The translations under genes were made by a program, and so were the position numbers. DNA of 62,817 nucleotides, counting the filler, from Deltaproteobacteria bacterium (GTDB taxonomy: Bacteria > JAUYMQ01): NCBI GenBank assembly GCA_030698575.1. It is 6 parts of 6 records of this genome, joined end to end, with 100 filler letters (N's around TTAATTAATTAA, not from the genome) between each part and the next. Parts side by side here need not be neighbours in the genome. Positions count along the whole stretch, not along the records: positions 48,820 to 62,817 come from JAUYMQ010000265.1; 5 more parts are not named here. One strand, 5' to 3'. Under the pieces are notes generated by a model that made no database searches, was not told where the DNA came from, and saw only the letters and a program-made list of their open reading frames with translations. Below are positions 49,685 to 59,906 of this stretch, one piece after another (within the stretch, counting starts at the first letter, position 1; every line of letters starts with the position of its first letter).

Positions 49685-49724
49685 GCAGAGAGTGGTTATG
49701 AAGGGGGTTGGCTCTGGGGAGCCA
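49685..49724 (+). repeat. 40-bp direct repeat, copy 1 (candidate att/island end)
   Basis: 36/40 identical to 58600-58639; each copy lies ~0.8 kb upstream of a DUF2924 gene. Confidence 0.75.
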
Positions 49725-50545
49725 AATCAGGAGCCGCGTCGTGGGCGCGGATGGTTGTGAACAGCGAGCCCGATCGCGGTGGCGATCGGGTTCGTTGATT
49801 CTTGCCAAGTTTCCCGGACTTTCCGCAGCCCGCAATCTCGCGACGACTCTCTCTCCTTCCCAAGAATGTCCGACGATCGAGAACCGAGGCCTCTTCCGCC
49901 CGCTTGTCGTAGCGAGCCCGCCCTGGAACTCTCAATCCTCTCTACTCTCGCGAAGCAGCGGGGAAATAGCCTGTCTGCAGCTTGCGGCGGCCGGCGAGGG
50001 GAACAGAGGGAATCGAGAGCGGCCCCCACGCGGGGGACGCCGGATGGCCCCTCGGGCTGCGCCTGCGGCAACCGCGCCGACATCGCGCCGTTGCCGCAAC
50101 GTGATCCCGATTTATACCGAGATCGCCGATTCCGGATTTCGGTATCACTTTGGCGCCCACGGCCGCGCATTGGCGAGCCTCTGATATTCGCAACTCCCCG
50201 GAAGATTGAGACTAATCGACGGAGCAGGCGCGTCGCGGGGGTGTTATCCCGTGGGCTCATCCTCGGCATCATTCGGGCTCATTTTCGCCCAGTTCGTTAT
50301 CCCCCTGGCTTCAAGGATCGGACCGCCCGGATTCGAAATGCTCGGGCACTTTCGGGGCCCGAGATCACGGAGCGCATCGCATCGACCACCCAGCGAACCT
50401 TCGGCATCGCAGGCCCGCCGACCCCCCGTAACGTCCCGATAGAAGGGGCTATTTCAGACCTCCAATTGAGTTGACGTGTTCCCCGAACAGAGCGTGTATG
50501 GGCCCCCCACCAGGAGTCGCGATCCGTGCACAGGAGGACGCCCCC

Positions 50546-51061
50546 ATGAAGCCCTCGATCGCCGCCACCATCCGCGCGCTCCAGGCTATGAGCGTCTTCG
50601 ATCTCCAGGCCAAGTACCGCGAGGTCTTCGGAGAGGACACGCGGTCGCGGCACCGGACCTACCTCTGGCGACGGATTGCGTGGCGCATCCAGGCACTCGA
50701 AGAAGGGGGCCTTTCGGAGAGGGCGCGCCGTCGCGCCGCCGAGCTTGCCAACGAGGCCGACGTGCGCATCCGACCCCCGCGGGGTGCCTTCGAGGAAAAC
50801 CCTGCGCCCGCTTACGATCCGCCGCCGGTCTCCCGGGGCGGCCGCGACCCGCGTCTCCCGGCGCCGGGCACGCTGATCACCCGGGCGTACCGGGGGCAAG
50901 CGATCCGCGTCACCGTCCTCGAGAGAGGGTTCGAGTATGAGGGTCGCGTTTACCGATCACTCACGGCGGTGGTGGGCGAGGTCACGGGGTCGCACTGGAA
51001 CGGCTTCCAATTCTTCCGTCTCACGCAGGGGCGGTCGACGCCGAGGCGAAGGTGTCCCTAA
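50546..51061 (+). CDS. DUF2924 protein, copy 1 (3' end hit by an IS)
   Basis: LWRRIAWRIQA, PGTLITRAYRG, YRSLTA, HWNG. Confidence 0.88.
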   Translation: MKPSIAATIRALQAMSVFDLQAKYREVFGEDTRSRHRTYLWRRIAWRIQALEEGGLSERARRRAAELANEADVRIRPPRGAFEENPAPAYDPPPVSRGGRDPRLPAPGTLITRAYRGQAIRVTVLERGFEYEGRVYRSLTAVVGEVTGSHWNGFQFFRLTQGRSTPRRRCP

Positions 51062-52454
51062 CGTAAATTCCATCCGTCGTGATCTGAGTGGCCAATTCTA
51101 GCACCGTCCCCCGAAGAGATGCATCATCAAGGAACGATTTGAGGGATTGCTGCCCGGGTCTCCTGGCGGGGGATGGGTTCAGGGCAGAGTTCTGCCTGCG
51201 TCGGTTCGCCGGGAGAGACCTTCGAAAGCCACGGAGCGTGGCTTCACGCAGCTCGTTTGTAATGGTGGTGCAAGCCGCCGACGTGCGGGATGGCAATCAC
51301 ACGACCACGCCCGGGCTCGACTTTCCTCGGGATGGGCGCGTTGCGGTGCAGCGAGAGATGGGGCCGGACGCCGTGGTAGTAGCGGATGTAACTTTTGAGG
51401 AGGCGGCGGAGGTGATCCTCACCGAGCACGATGACGTGGTCCAGACATTCCCTCCGAATTGTTCCGATGACCCTCTCCACGAACGGGTTCTGCCAGGGTG
51501 ATCTCCGGCTTGTGACGAATTCCCGTATTCCCATGTTTTGAACCCTGCGCCGGAAGTAGCCACCGTAAATCCCATCACGATCCCGGATCAGGTATTTCGG
51601 GATTGGGCCATCGCCGGGAAAAGCCTCGACCATCTGCTGAGCCGTCCACTTGGCCGTAGGGTTCGAAGTGACGTTGAAATGAACGATGCGCCGACGGTCG
51701 TGGGAGAGGATCAGGAAGCAGTAGAGAAGCCGAAACGTGGCGGTGGGCACGACGAAGAAGTCGCAGGCGACGGTCTCGGGCAGATGATTCTTGAGGAAGG
51801 TGCGCCAGCGCTGAGAAGAGGGTCCGTGCCTCCGTCTGGGCAGATACTTCGCGACGGTGGTGTCCCGGACCTCGTAGCCGAGCAGGAGCAGCTCGGAAGT
51901 AATGCGCGGGGCTCCCCAGGTCGGATTATCGTTCGCCATCCGGTGGATCAGCGCGATGATCTCAGGGTCCAGCGGCGGTCGCCCCGGTTTTTTCCTTCTT
52001 GATTTCCATCTCCAGAAGGCCTTGAAGGCCTGGCGATGCCAGTGGACGACCGTTTCCGGTTTCACGAGGATCAGGCTGGACTCCCATTTTTCCCAGGCGT
52101 GCCTGAGAAAGACCCAGAAGAGCCGATCGCGCCGGCGGAGCTTCGGTCGTTTGACGCTTCGCCGGAGGACCGCAAGTTGCTGGCGCAGCGCGAGATTTTC
52201 GAGCACGAGGCCCGAGCGACCCTGGAAGAAGGCGCGGATGAGCGTGAGCACCATATGAAGGATAGCCATGGACGAAATCCGGGGCTGGGATCGAGGGGGA
52301 CGTGCCGTTGGGGAGTATGGAGGGCGGCCGGTGCGTCCGGCAAGGCGGGCTGTCTAGGGCCGAGCGAGCCGCAGATCGAGGGATTGAGGCGTCCAAGAAG
52401 CCGAGCGAAGATCACGAATGATTCCGCGGCGGACGTAGCTTACGGATAGGCACA
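51053..52454. mobile_element. Insertion sequence with integrase-core transposase
   Basis: Imperfect TIRs TGTCCCTAACGTAA and TTACGGATAGGCACA; no clear TSD. Confidence 0.7.
51244..52269 (-). CDS. Integrase-core (rve, DDE) transposase
   Basis: ACDFF, IRDRD, PWQNPFVERVIGTIRRECLD. Confidence 0.93.
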   Translation of the reverse strand: MAILHMVLTLIRAFFQGRSGLVLENLALRQQLAVLRRSVKRPKLRRRDRLFWVFLRHAWEKWESSLILVKPETVVHWHRQAFKAFWRWKSRRKKPGRPPLDPEIIALIHRMANDNPTWGAPRITSELLLLGYEVRDTTVAKYLPRRRHGPSSQRWRTFLKNHLPETVACDFFVVPTATFRLLYCFLILSHDRRRIVHFNVTSNPTAKWTAQQMVEAFPGDGPIPKYLIRDRDGIYGGYFRRRVQNMGIREFVTSRRSPWQNPFVERVIGTIRRECLDHVIVLGEDHLRRLLKSYIRYYHGVRPHLSLHRNAPIPRKVEPGRGRVIAIPHVGGLHHHYKRAA

Positions 52455-52774
52455 GGCGCCGGGCGACCAGCGTTCCTACCGCGAAAGCTGCTCAGGCTCG
52501 GACGGATTTTTTGAGCGGGACAGGCTTCGCTTGGGTTAGCCGGTGGGGAGCCTTTCCCTGATTGACTTCGGAAGAAGTTGTCCACTAAGCTAGGCGCTTG
52601 CGATGAACTCGGTGATCGCATTCCGCGCGGCGCTCATCGTTCCCGGCCCAGGGGGCTCTGCCCCAGCCCCCTTGCTCGTCTCCCTGTGAACCGAAATCGA
52701 AGCCTTAGGGAGTGGTCCCTGACCTATCCCCCCCTGCGCGCGGCCGTCAGACCAGCGCACGGGTCAGGTGTTCC

Positions 52775-55700
52775 ATGCTTGCTCGCCTCGCGGCCGCCGT
52801 GTTGCTGTTCGCCGGCGCGTTGTTCTGTCTTCCCGGCCAGGACGCCGCGGCGCAGGTCACCACCTGCGCGCAACTGTTCCCGGAGTCAGCCCCCATCTTC
52901 CGCGGCGTGACGGCGAACTTCGTGGCGTCGGGGGGCGGCGTCTTCTATTACCGGGTCGGCGTGGACACGGCCACGGGCATCAGCGGCGGCACCCACCTGG
53001 TGCTCAAGTACGATGTTGCGCCCGGGAGCACGGGCGGGAACACCTTCGTGGATTTCACGGCGGAGCTGAACAAGACGCACTACGAGACGGGCGGTGGTGC
53101 TCCGAACCCCCAGTACGGGCAGGTCCTCGTTTCCAGCGCGACGGGCGGGGCAATCACGCTGACGGCGTTCTTCACCTTTGGCATTGGTGGCATCTGTCTC
53201 GACGGGACCTACGAGATCCCGGCGGGCATCGAGGACCCGACGGAAGTCTGCGACGGCGTGGACAACGATGGAATTGGAGGAATTGATAATGTGCCCGGCG
53301 GGTGCAACGCCCAGCCGGTGCCTCCATGCCTGACGACCCTCAACTGCGCCCGCAAGCAGTGGAACGCCTGCGCGGACAGCACCCTCGGGCCCCTCGTGCC
53401 CTGCGCCGGGGGGATGTTCGACACCCGCTTCGGCTTCGAGCAACGCCGCATCACCCTCTTCGAGGCTTCCTCGCCCGGGCTTCCCCTTCGTTTCGAGCTT
53501 TTCTACAACAACCGCAACGAGACGGGGTCGGTCATTCCCGGGCGCTGGTTCACCGGCTATGACACGAAGCTCACGCTGCAGCCTGCGACGCCGACAAACT
53601 TCGTCGAAGTCCTCTGGCCCGACGGCACGCGTTCCCGGTATCTGGACACGGGGACCTGCACGAGCGGCCAGTGCCGGTTCGACGGCGTTCTCTCGGATGG
53701 CTCCTTCGTGAACCAGAACAAGCCAGGGCAGGTGATCCAGGGCTGGGATCTTCACGCCCAGGACGGGCTCGTCTACCACTTCGCGGCGGCGGGATATCTC
53801 GAGTCGATCCAGGACGGCAGGGGCAACAGCCTGACCGTCGCGCACGAGGACACCGCGAACCTCTCGCGGGTGACGAAGGTCTCGGACAACCACGGCCACA
53901 CGATCCTCCTGTCCTACGGAACCACGGGCGCCGACCTCGGCAATCTGCTGCAGGTGACCGACCCGGCCGGACGCACCTACGACCTCGCCTACGAGAACTT
54001 CCGGCTGAGACGCATCACGCTTCCCGCACCCACCCCCGTGGATCCCAGGCCGAGCTACGAGCTAACCTACGCGGACGACGGCGGATTCGATCAGGGCGGC
54101 TATCGGGACAACCTGACCAGGATCGAATTCCGGCGGGACGTGAACGATCCGGACCCACAGGTGGACCGGATCAACGGGAGGTGGAACTACGACAACCGGA
54201 GCCGCGTGGAGAGTGAAGAGGGGCCAGGAAGCTCTCTTGCGCGCACGGTTGGCTACGATACGGACCAGACGACCGTGACCGACTCCCGCGGGAACGACAC
54301 CGTCTACGGCTTCGACCTGACGAACGGCCTGACACTGACGACAACCATTCCCTGCGACACGGGCGATACCGAGAGCTGCCCGAGCGGCACGGCGACCTCG
54401 ACGCTGGTGCGAAACGCCCAAGGGCAGATCACGAGCCGGACCGACTTCCGAGGGACGGAGACCGTGTGGGCCGACCACGACGCGAACGGGGACCCGGGCA
54501 CGATCACGGAGGCAGTGGGCAAGCCGGAGGAGCGCACGAGCCAGTTCGGCTACCACCCGGAGCTTCACGTCCCGCTCTTTATCATCCGGACCAGCACGAT
54601 CCAGACGACCGAGAACAAGGTAACCATCTTCGACTACGAAGACCCGGCCACAGCGCCGGCCGACCCGCCCCTCAACCCGGCCCAGGAACTCGACCCCGCC
54701 GATTTCAACGATCCGGCCAATCTCACGAACCTCGTCCATCGCGTCATGGAGAGCGGCTGGACGCGGGACGTGGCGGGCAAACCCGTGCGCGTGGCCTACG
54801 TGACGAAATTTACTTACGACACCACCCACGGCCGGGTGACCACTATCGACGGCCCGCGCGGCGGCACGCCGAATGACGATACCGACTTCCTCTACTATCC
54901 AGACGACGCGTCCGAGGGGGTCAATAACCAAGGGCAGCTCAAGAAAGTCACGAACGCGCTGGGCCAGGAGACGACCTTCGACGGCTACGACGCCCTGGGG
55001 AACGTGCTCTCGGTCACGGACCCAAATGGCCTTGTGACGACGTTCACCTACGACGCGGCCGGCCGCGTCCGAGCCATCACACAAGTCAACGGGGGTAAGG
55101 ACGGAGCGGGACAAACGATCGACCTGGTGACCGAGTACGTCTACGAGGCGAACGGGAACCTCGACTACATCAAGCTCCCGCGGGGGAACTTCTACAACTA
55201 CCAGTACGACACGGCCAATCGCCTCGCGTCGATCACCCGGACGTTCACCCAGCCCTCGGGCCCTGCGGACACGCCCGCCGGCCAGACGATCCGCTACGGC
55301 TACGATACCGAGGGGAACCGTACTCGGGAGGAGGTGGCCCCGGGCGTCTCGGACCCGGAACTGCGCTTCACGGAGTTCGAGTACGACGCCCTGAACCGCC
55401 TCAAGCGCGCGTACAACCCGGTCTACGGCGAGCTTCCTTCGGCGACGGTCTACCGTGAGTCCATCTTCGACGCCAACGGCAACCGCAAAGCGCTCGACCT
55501 CTTCAAGGACTCGGGCGCCACCGACCTGCGCAGTACGGCCTTCCTGTTCGATCCCCTGAACCGGCTGGGGATGGTCACGCAGGACGCAAATCCGGATCCC
55601 GATGTTGAGACCCTCTACGCCTACGACACTCAGGATAACCTGACGAAGCTCACCGACGGGAAGAACCACGACACGGACTACGTGACAGACGACTTCGGCC

Positions 55701-58144
55701 GCCAGGTCGAGGTGGTCTCGCCCGACACGGGGACGACGCGGTTCGAATACGACGAGGCCGGCAACCTCATCGAGAAGGACCAGAACGGGCTCGCCACCGA
55801 GTACGCCTTTGACGCGCTGAACCGCTTGACCGATGTGAATTTTCCCTCGGACACGAGCCAGAACATCACCTATGTCTACGATAACCGTACCGACGGCCCC
55901 ACGCTTCCGCCCGCGGACGGCGACAACTGGGTGGGCCGGCTGGCCAAGATCACGGACGCTTCCGGCACAACCTACTTCTCCTACGACGAGCGCGGGAACG
56001 TGGTCCTCGAGGAGCGCCACCAGGGGTCGGTCACACTCACGACGACGTACTCGTGGGACGAGAACGGTAATCTGCTGGCGCTCACTTATCCGTCGGGGCG
56101 GAAGGTCAGCTACACCTACTACGGCGCGGCGAACGACCAGCCCCTTCTCGTGGGGATGATGCACCAGGGCCAGAACCGTCTCCTTGCCTCGGGCATTGTC
56201 TTCGAGCCCTTCGGCCCGCTCGCCTCGCTCCGCTACGGTAATGACTTGGTGAAGACCCGCACGTACGACGAGGCGGGACAACTGCTGACCCTTAAGGTAA
56301 AAGCAACGGGCGGGCCCACGGTGCTCTCGCTGGACTACACGTTCGACGAGACGGGGAACATCACGAGAATCGACGATCAGCTTGACGCCCTGCAGTCGAA
56401 GATCTACGAGCCGGACGGCTACGATAAATTGGATCGTCTCATAAAGGCGACGATCGGCGGCCTGGGGACTTTTCAATACACCTATGACGCTGTGGGGAAC
56501 CGCACCGAGGAGAACCACGACGGGGCGGTCACCACATACAATATCGTGACCACGAACAACCAGATCGACACCCTCTCCGGGGCCACCACGGCGACGTTCG
56601 GCTACGACGTCCACGGGAACACCACCACCGACGGCACGCTGACCTTCTCCTACCACCCGACCCATCAGCTGAAGGAGTTCACCGACCAGACGCCAACCGT
56701 GCTGGGCAGCTACCAGTACGACGGCCAGTCGCGCCGGACGGCCAAGACCGTGAATGGGCTCGCGCGGCTTTTCGCCTACGATACGGGCGCGCAGCTCATC
56801 GGCGAGTACGACGACGCGGGGAACGTGCTGAAGGAGTACGCCTACCTCGGGACGCAGCGCCTTGCGATGATCGATCACGACCAGGACGACGAGGGCATCC
56901 GGGACGAGGTGGACAACTGCCGGATCGTGGTGAATCCCACGCAGAGCGACGGGGACACGGATACCCTGGGAGATGCCTGCGATGCAGCCCCCTCGAATCC
57001 CGACCGGGACGGCGATGGACTCCTGGACGGGGAGGAAGATGCCGACAAGGATGGGCAGGTCAGCGCCGGGGAGACGGATCCGGACAACCCGGACACGGAC
57101 GGGGACAGCTTCAGCGACGGCGTCGAGGTCGCGGCCGGGACGGACCCGTTGGATCCGAACTCCTACCCGGGCGCGCCGACGGCGATACCGGCCCTCTCGG
57201 GGCCGGGCGTGGGGCTGGCCATCGTGCTGGGCCTCGGAGTGGTGTGGTTCGTGCGGCGCCGCTACCCGCGGGGCGGGACCATCGCGGGCTTCGTGCTGCT
57301 GGGGATCGGAGTGAGCTTGGTGGTCCCGGGAACAGTCACCTCGCAGGGAGGCGGTACACCGGAGCGTGTGTACTTCATCCACACGGACCATCTGGGGACG
57401 CCGCTGAAACTGACGGACGCCTCCAAGACGGTGGTGTGGAGCGGGACGGCGGAGCCGTTTGGGGAGACGGATACACAGGGCAGTAGCATTACATTTAATC
57501 CGAGATTTCCGGGCCAGTACGCGGACAATGAGGCGGGAATTCACTACAATTGGTTCCGATACTATGACCAAGAGACGGGGCGGTACAGCTCGGCTGATCC
57601 GATTGGTCAGTTAGGGGGACACCATCTTTACCACTACGCTCTGAACAACCCCATAAATGTTTTTGACCGCTACGGATTGATAAGTGCCGCGCTTGCCGGA
57701 AACGTGATCCGTGCAGTAGGTCGGTTAACTGGTCAAACCGCCACCGAAGCCCAGGTGGCAGGTAGCATGGCAAGCGCGGCAGTTGGGTTTGGGAATGATT
57801 TATCTTCAAGCTTTACGGGGGATCCGTCCATCGGTGACACGGTCGCTCAGGCAATGGGACTAGGCACCAGGAATGCGGCTACCATTGATGCATCGGTTAA
57901 TCTTGTGTCGGCGTCCGGTGCCTCAGATCTTGCTGCAGGAGCGTATGCGACCGCCGTTACTGGTGGGGTGTTCGCGACTGGCGTAGCCCTCAGTGGATCA
58001 GCAATCGCTGGATTCGAGCTGGGAAACTTTGCACGAAAAGCCTCGATTGCCACTTCGGGCGCTGACCCCGGCACGTTCTGGGGCGACTTGCTGTTCGATT
58101 ACCTATACGGTGATTCCAGTGAGGACGCGATTTGTGACGAGTAG
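52775..58144 (+). CDS. Secreted Rhs/YD-repeat protein with internal TSP3 repeats and TM hairpin, and a C-terminal toxin-like domain
   Basis: Signal peptide, many YD repeats, HTDHLGTP, FPGQY, RYY, DPIG, PINVFDRYGL. Confidence 0.93.
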   Translation: MLARLAAAVLLFAGALFCLPGQDAAAQVTTCAQLFPESAPIFRGVTANFVASGGGVFYYRVGVDTATGISGGTHLVLKYDVAPGSTGGNTFVDFTAELNKTHYETGGGAPNPQYGQVLVSSATGGAITLTAFFTFGIGGICLDGTYEIPAGIEDPTEVCDGVDNDGIGGIDNVPGGCNAQPVPPCLTTLNCARKQWNACADSTLGPLVPCAGGMFDTRFGFEQRRITLFEASSPGLPLRFELFYNNRNETGSVIPGRWFTGYDTKLTLQPATPTNFVEVLWPDGTRSRYLDTGTCTSGQCRFDGVLSDGSFVNQNKPGQVIQGWDLHAQDGLVYHFAAAGYLESIQDGRGNSLTVAHEDTANLSRVTKVSDNHGHTILLSYGTTGADLGNLLQVTDPAGRTYDLAYENFRLRRITLPAPTPVDPRPSYELTYADDGGFDQGGYRDNLTRIEFRRDVNDPDPQVDRINGRWNYDNRSRVESEEGPGSSLARTVGYDTDQTTVTDSRGNDTVYGFDLTNGLTLTTTIPCDTGDTESCPSGTATSTLVRNAQGQITSRTDFRGTETVWADHDANGDPGTITEAVGKPEERTSQFGYHPELHVPLFIIRTSTIQTTENKVTIFDYEDPATAPADPPLNPAQELDPADFNDPANLTNLVHRVMESGWTRDVAGKPVRVAYVTKFTYDTTHGRVTTIDGPRGGTPNDDTDFLYYPDDASEGVNNQGQLKKVTNALGQETTFDGYDALGNVLSVTDPNGLVTTFTYDAAGRVRAITQVNGGKDGAGQTIDLVTEYVYEANGNLDYIKLPRGNFYNYQYDTANRLASITRTFTQPSGPADTPAGQTIRYGYDTEGNRTREEVAPGVSDPELRFTEFEYDALNRLKRAYNPVYGELPSATVYRESIFDANGNRKALDLFKDSGATDLRSTAFLFDPLNRLGMVTQDANPDPDVETLYAYDTQDNLTKLTDGKNHDTDYVTDDFGRQVEVVSPDTGTTRFEYDEAGNLIEKDQNGLATEYAFDALNRLTDVNFPSDTSQNITYVYDNRTDGPTLPPADGDNWVGRLAKITDASGTTYFSYDERGNVVLEERHQGSVTLTTTYSWDENGNLLALTYPSGRKVSYTYYGAANDQPLLVGMMHQGQNRLLASGIVFEPFGPLASLRYGNDLVKTRTYDEAGQLLTLKVKATGGPTVLSLDYTFDETGNITRIDDQLDALQSKIYEPDGYDKLDRLIKATIGGLGTFQYTYDAVGNRTEENHDGAVTTYNIVTTNNQIDTLSGATTATFGYDVHGNTTTDGTLTFSYHPTHQLKEFTDQTPTVLGSYQYDGQSRRTAKTVNGLARLFAYDTGAQLIGEYDDAGNVLKEYAYLGTQRLAMIDHDQDDEGIRDEVDNCRIVVNPTQSDGDTDTLGDACDAAPSNPDRDGDGLLDGEEDADKDGQVSAGETDPDNPDTDGDSFSDGVEVAAGTDPLDPNSYPGAPTAIPALSGPGVGLAIVLGLGVVWFVRRRYPRGGTIAGFVLLGIGVSLVVPGTVTSQGGGTPERVYFIHTDHLGTPLKLTDASKTVVWSGTAEPFGETDTQGSSITFNPRFPGQYADNEAGIHYNWFRYYDQETGRYSSADPIGQLGGHHLYHYALNNPINVFDRYGLISAALAGNVIRAVGRLTGQTATEAQVAGSMASAAVGFGNDLSSSFTGDPSIGDTVAQAMGLGTRNAATIDASVNLVSASGASDLAAGAYATAVTGGVFATGVALSGSAIAGFELGNFARKASIATSGADPGTFWGDLLFDYLYGDSSEDAICDE

Positions 58145-58145
58145 T

Positions 58146-58394
58146 TTAAACGTCGTTTCGGTGAGTTTCCTTCGACGCATAATAGAGAAGAATACCGAGG
58201 AACAGAATGGTCCATGCGGCAGCGTACGCCCCATAGGGACCGATTAGGTATGCCTTCACAAAATGCAAGTGCTGCCCGAAAGCTGCAACGAGGATGAAGG
58301 CGAAAATCACCCCTGCACTGCCTAGTCCGACAACGAGCTGCTTTTGAGAAAGCGTGCCGCGGGGCGGATCGGTTCCTGTGCGATCCTCGCTCAT
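58146..58394 (-). CDS. Small two-TM protein, candidate immunity protein
   Basis: 82 aa; convergent, its stop 1 nt from the Rhs stop; lower GC like the toxin tip. Confidence 0.5.
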   Translation of the reverse strand: MSEDRTGTDPPRGTLSQKQLVVGLGSAGVIFAFILVAAFGQHLHFVKAYLIGPYGAYAAAWTILFLGILLYYASKETHRNDV

Positions 58395-58599
58395 ATGATT
58401 CCCTCCACGTGTTTTATCGTCATCTTGGGTGGCGAACTTTAGCAAGGAATAGGTCTTTCAGCCTGAGGGAAAACATGCACTGGCGTGTGGGTGGCGAATT
58501 CCGATTTGTGCCAGAAAATCAGCGATTCGGCCAGCTTGGTCCCGGCGTAAGGTTCGGAGCCCAGTCCGCTTCGGTAGACCGTCCGCGCTCTCTGTCCGA

Positions 58600-58639
58600 G
58601 CAGAGATTGGTTATGAAGAGGGTTGGCCTTGGGGAGCCA
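58600..58639 (+). repeat. 40-bp direct repeat, copy 2 (candidate att/island end)
   Basis: 36/40 identical to 49685-49724. Confidence 0.75.
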
Positions 58640-59124
58640 TCTAAAGGATCGCCGACAGAAGGCGGTCCATGGTGAACGACGACCTCGGAGGCAGGCGCTT
58701 TCGGGGTCGTCGCTTATCTGCCCTTCGTTCGCTGACTTACAGGCGACGGCGTGCACGGTGCGACTCTCCGTTCCGCGCCGTTGCGCCTGGATACCGAGAG
58801 CAACCGGTGGGGTTCGCTTTGGGAGTCCGGGGAAATGACTCTCGAACTCTCACTCTCTCTGTTTATCGGCCGCCGTTGGTTAACAGGTCTTGCGATTTTG
58901 GGGTCCAAAAGAGTTGCGTTTCGAACCCGCTTCGTGTAGCCTTCATCGTAGTTAAATAGTTTGAGCAGTTAGACTGAGCCACCAGACAACGTACTCACCG
59001 CGAAGCGGACGGCGTTGTGGGTGCCGCCTAAGGCGGAATCCGCAGCGCCCTTTTTGTTTCCGCGGTCTCCACGGCGGCACCCGCACGACGCTCTTCTTGA
59101 GAGCCGTCCGAGCCGGAGGCCGCC

Positions 59125-59385
59125 ATGTTCGACCCATCCGATCCTTCCGCTAGCACCCCTGAAGATCGCACCCGCGAGATCGCGAGCATCCTCGCCACGG
59201 GCTATTTGCGCCTTTGCGCGATGGGGCTGCGTGAGGCCCCTACTCCCCCGATAGCAGGGCACAATTCGGCCGGAACCGATCCCCCGATCGAGCCTGGGAA
59301 CGGACTTGATACGTCTCCGAATCAGAGCGTGTATGGAGAGCGGGTTAACGCCGGAGAGGGCGGGCCCGATAGGGGGTGCCCATGA
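59125..59385 (+). CDS. Small protein preceding DUF2924
   Basis: EDRTREIASILATGYLRL; GGAGG RBS; ATGA overlap. Confidence 0.6.
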   Translation: MFDPSDPSASTPEDRTREIASILATGYLRLCAMGLREAPTPPIAGHNSAGTDPPIEPGNGLDTSPNQSVYGERVNAGEGGPDRGCP

Positions 59386-59906
59386 AATCAACGCTGGTCG
59401 CGGAGATCCGAGCGCTCCGAGAGATGAACGTTTCGGAGCTTCACGCCAAGTACCGCGAGGTGTTCGAGGAGGAGCCGCGCTCGCGCAACAAGGACTTCCT
59501 GTGGCGGCGGATCGCCTGGCGCATCCAGGCCCTGGAGCAAGGGGATATCTCGGAGCGAGCGCTGCACCGGGCCGCGGAGTTGGCCCGCGATGCGGACGTT
59601 CGGGTGCGGGCCCCGCGCGGCGCGTTTGAGAGCGATGCTCCCGGCGCGGTCGCGCGAACGCACCTTCACGCGTTCAAGGGTTCCCACGATGCCAGGCTTC
59701 CCGTGCCGGGAACGATCCTTACGCGTGTCTACCGAGGTCGGACCATTCGGGTCACGGTCCTCGATCGGGGCTTCGAGCACGAGGGGTGCGTGTACCGCTC
59801 CCTCACGGCGCTGACTCAGGCCATCACGGGGGCGCACTGGAACGGCTTCGAATTCTTCGGACTTCGCAAAGCTGAAAGGACAGGAACGCGAGGAGGAAAC
59901 CGGTGA
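59382..59906 (+). CDS. DUF2924 protein, copy 2
   Basis: Clear paralog of 50546-51061. Confidence 0.9.
   Translation: MKSTLVAEIRALREMNVSELHAKYREVFEEEPRSRNKDFLWRRIAWRIQALEQGDISERALHRAAELARDADVRVRAPRGAFESDAPGAVARTHLHAFKGSHDARLPVPGTILTRVYRGRTIRVTVLDRGFEHEGCVYRSLTALTQAITGAHWNGFEFFGLRKAERTGTRGGNR

Noticed and set aside
54062-57571. 1169-aa antisense ORF (also 1697-3112, 11640-12434 and similar)
   Set aside because: Shadow ORFs of high-GC coding regions with no recognisable motifs
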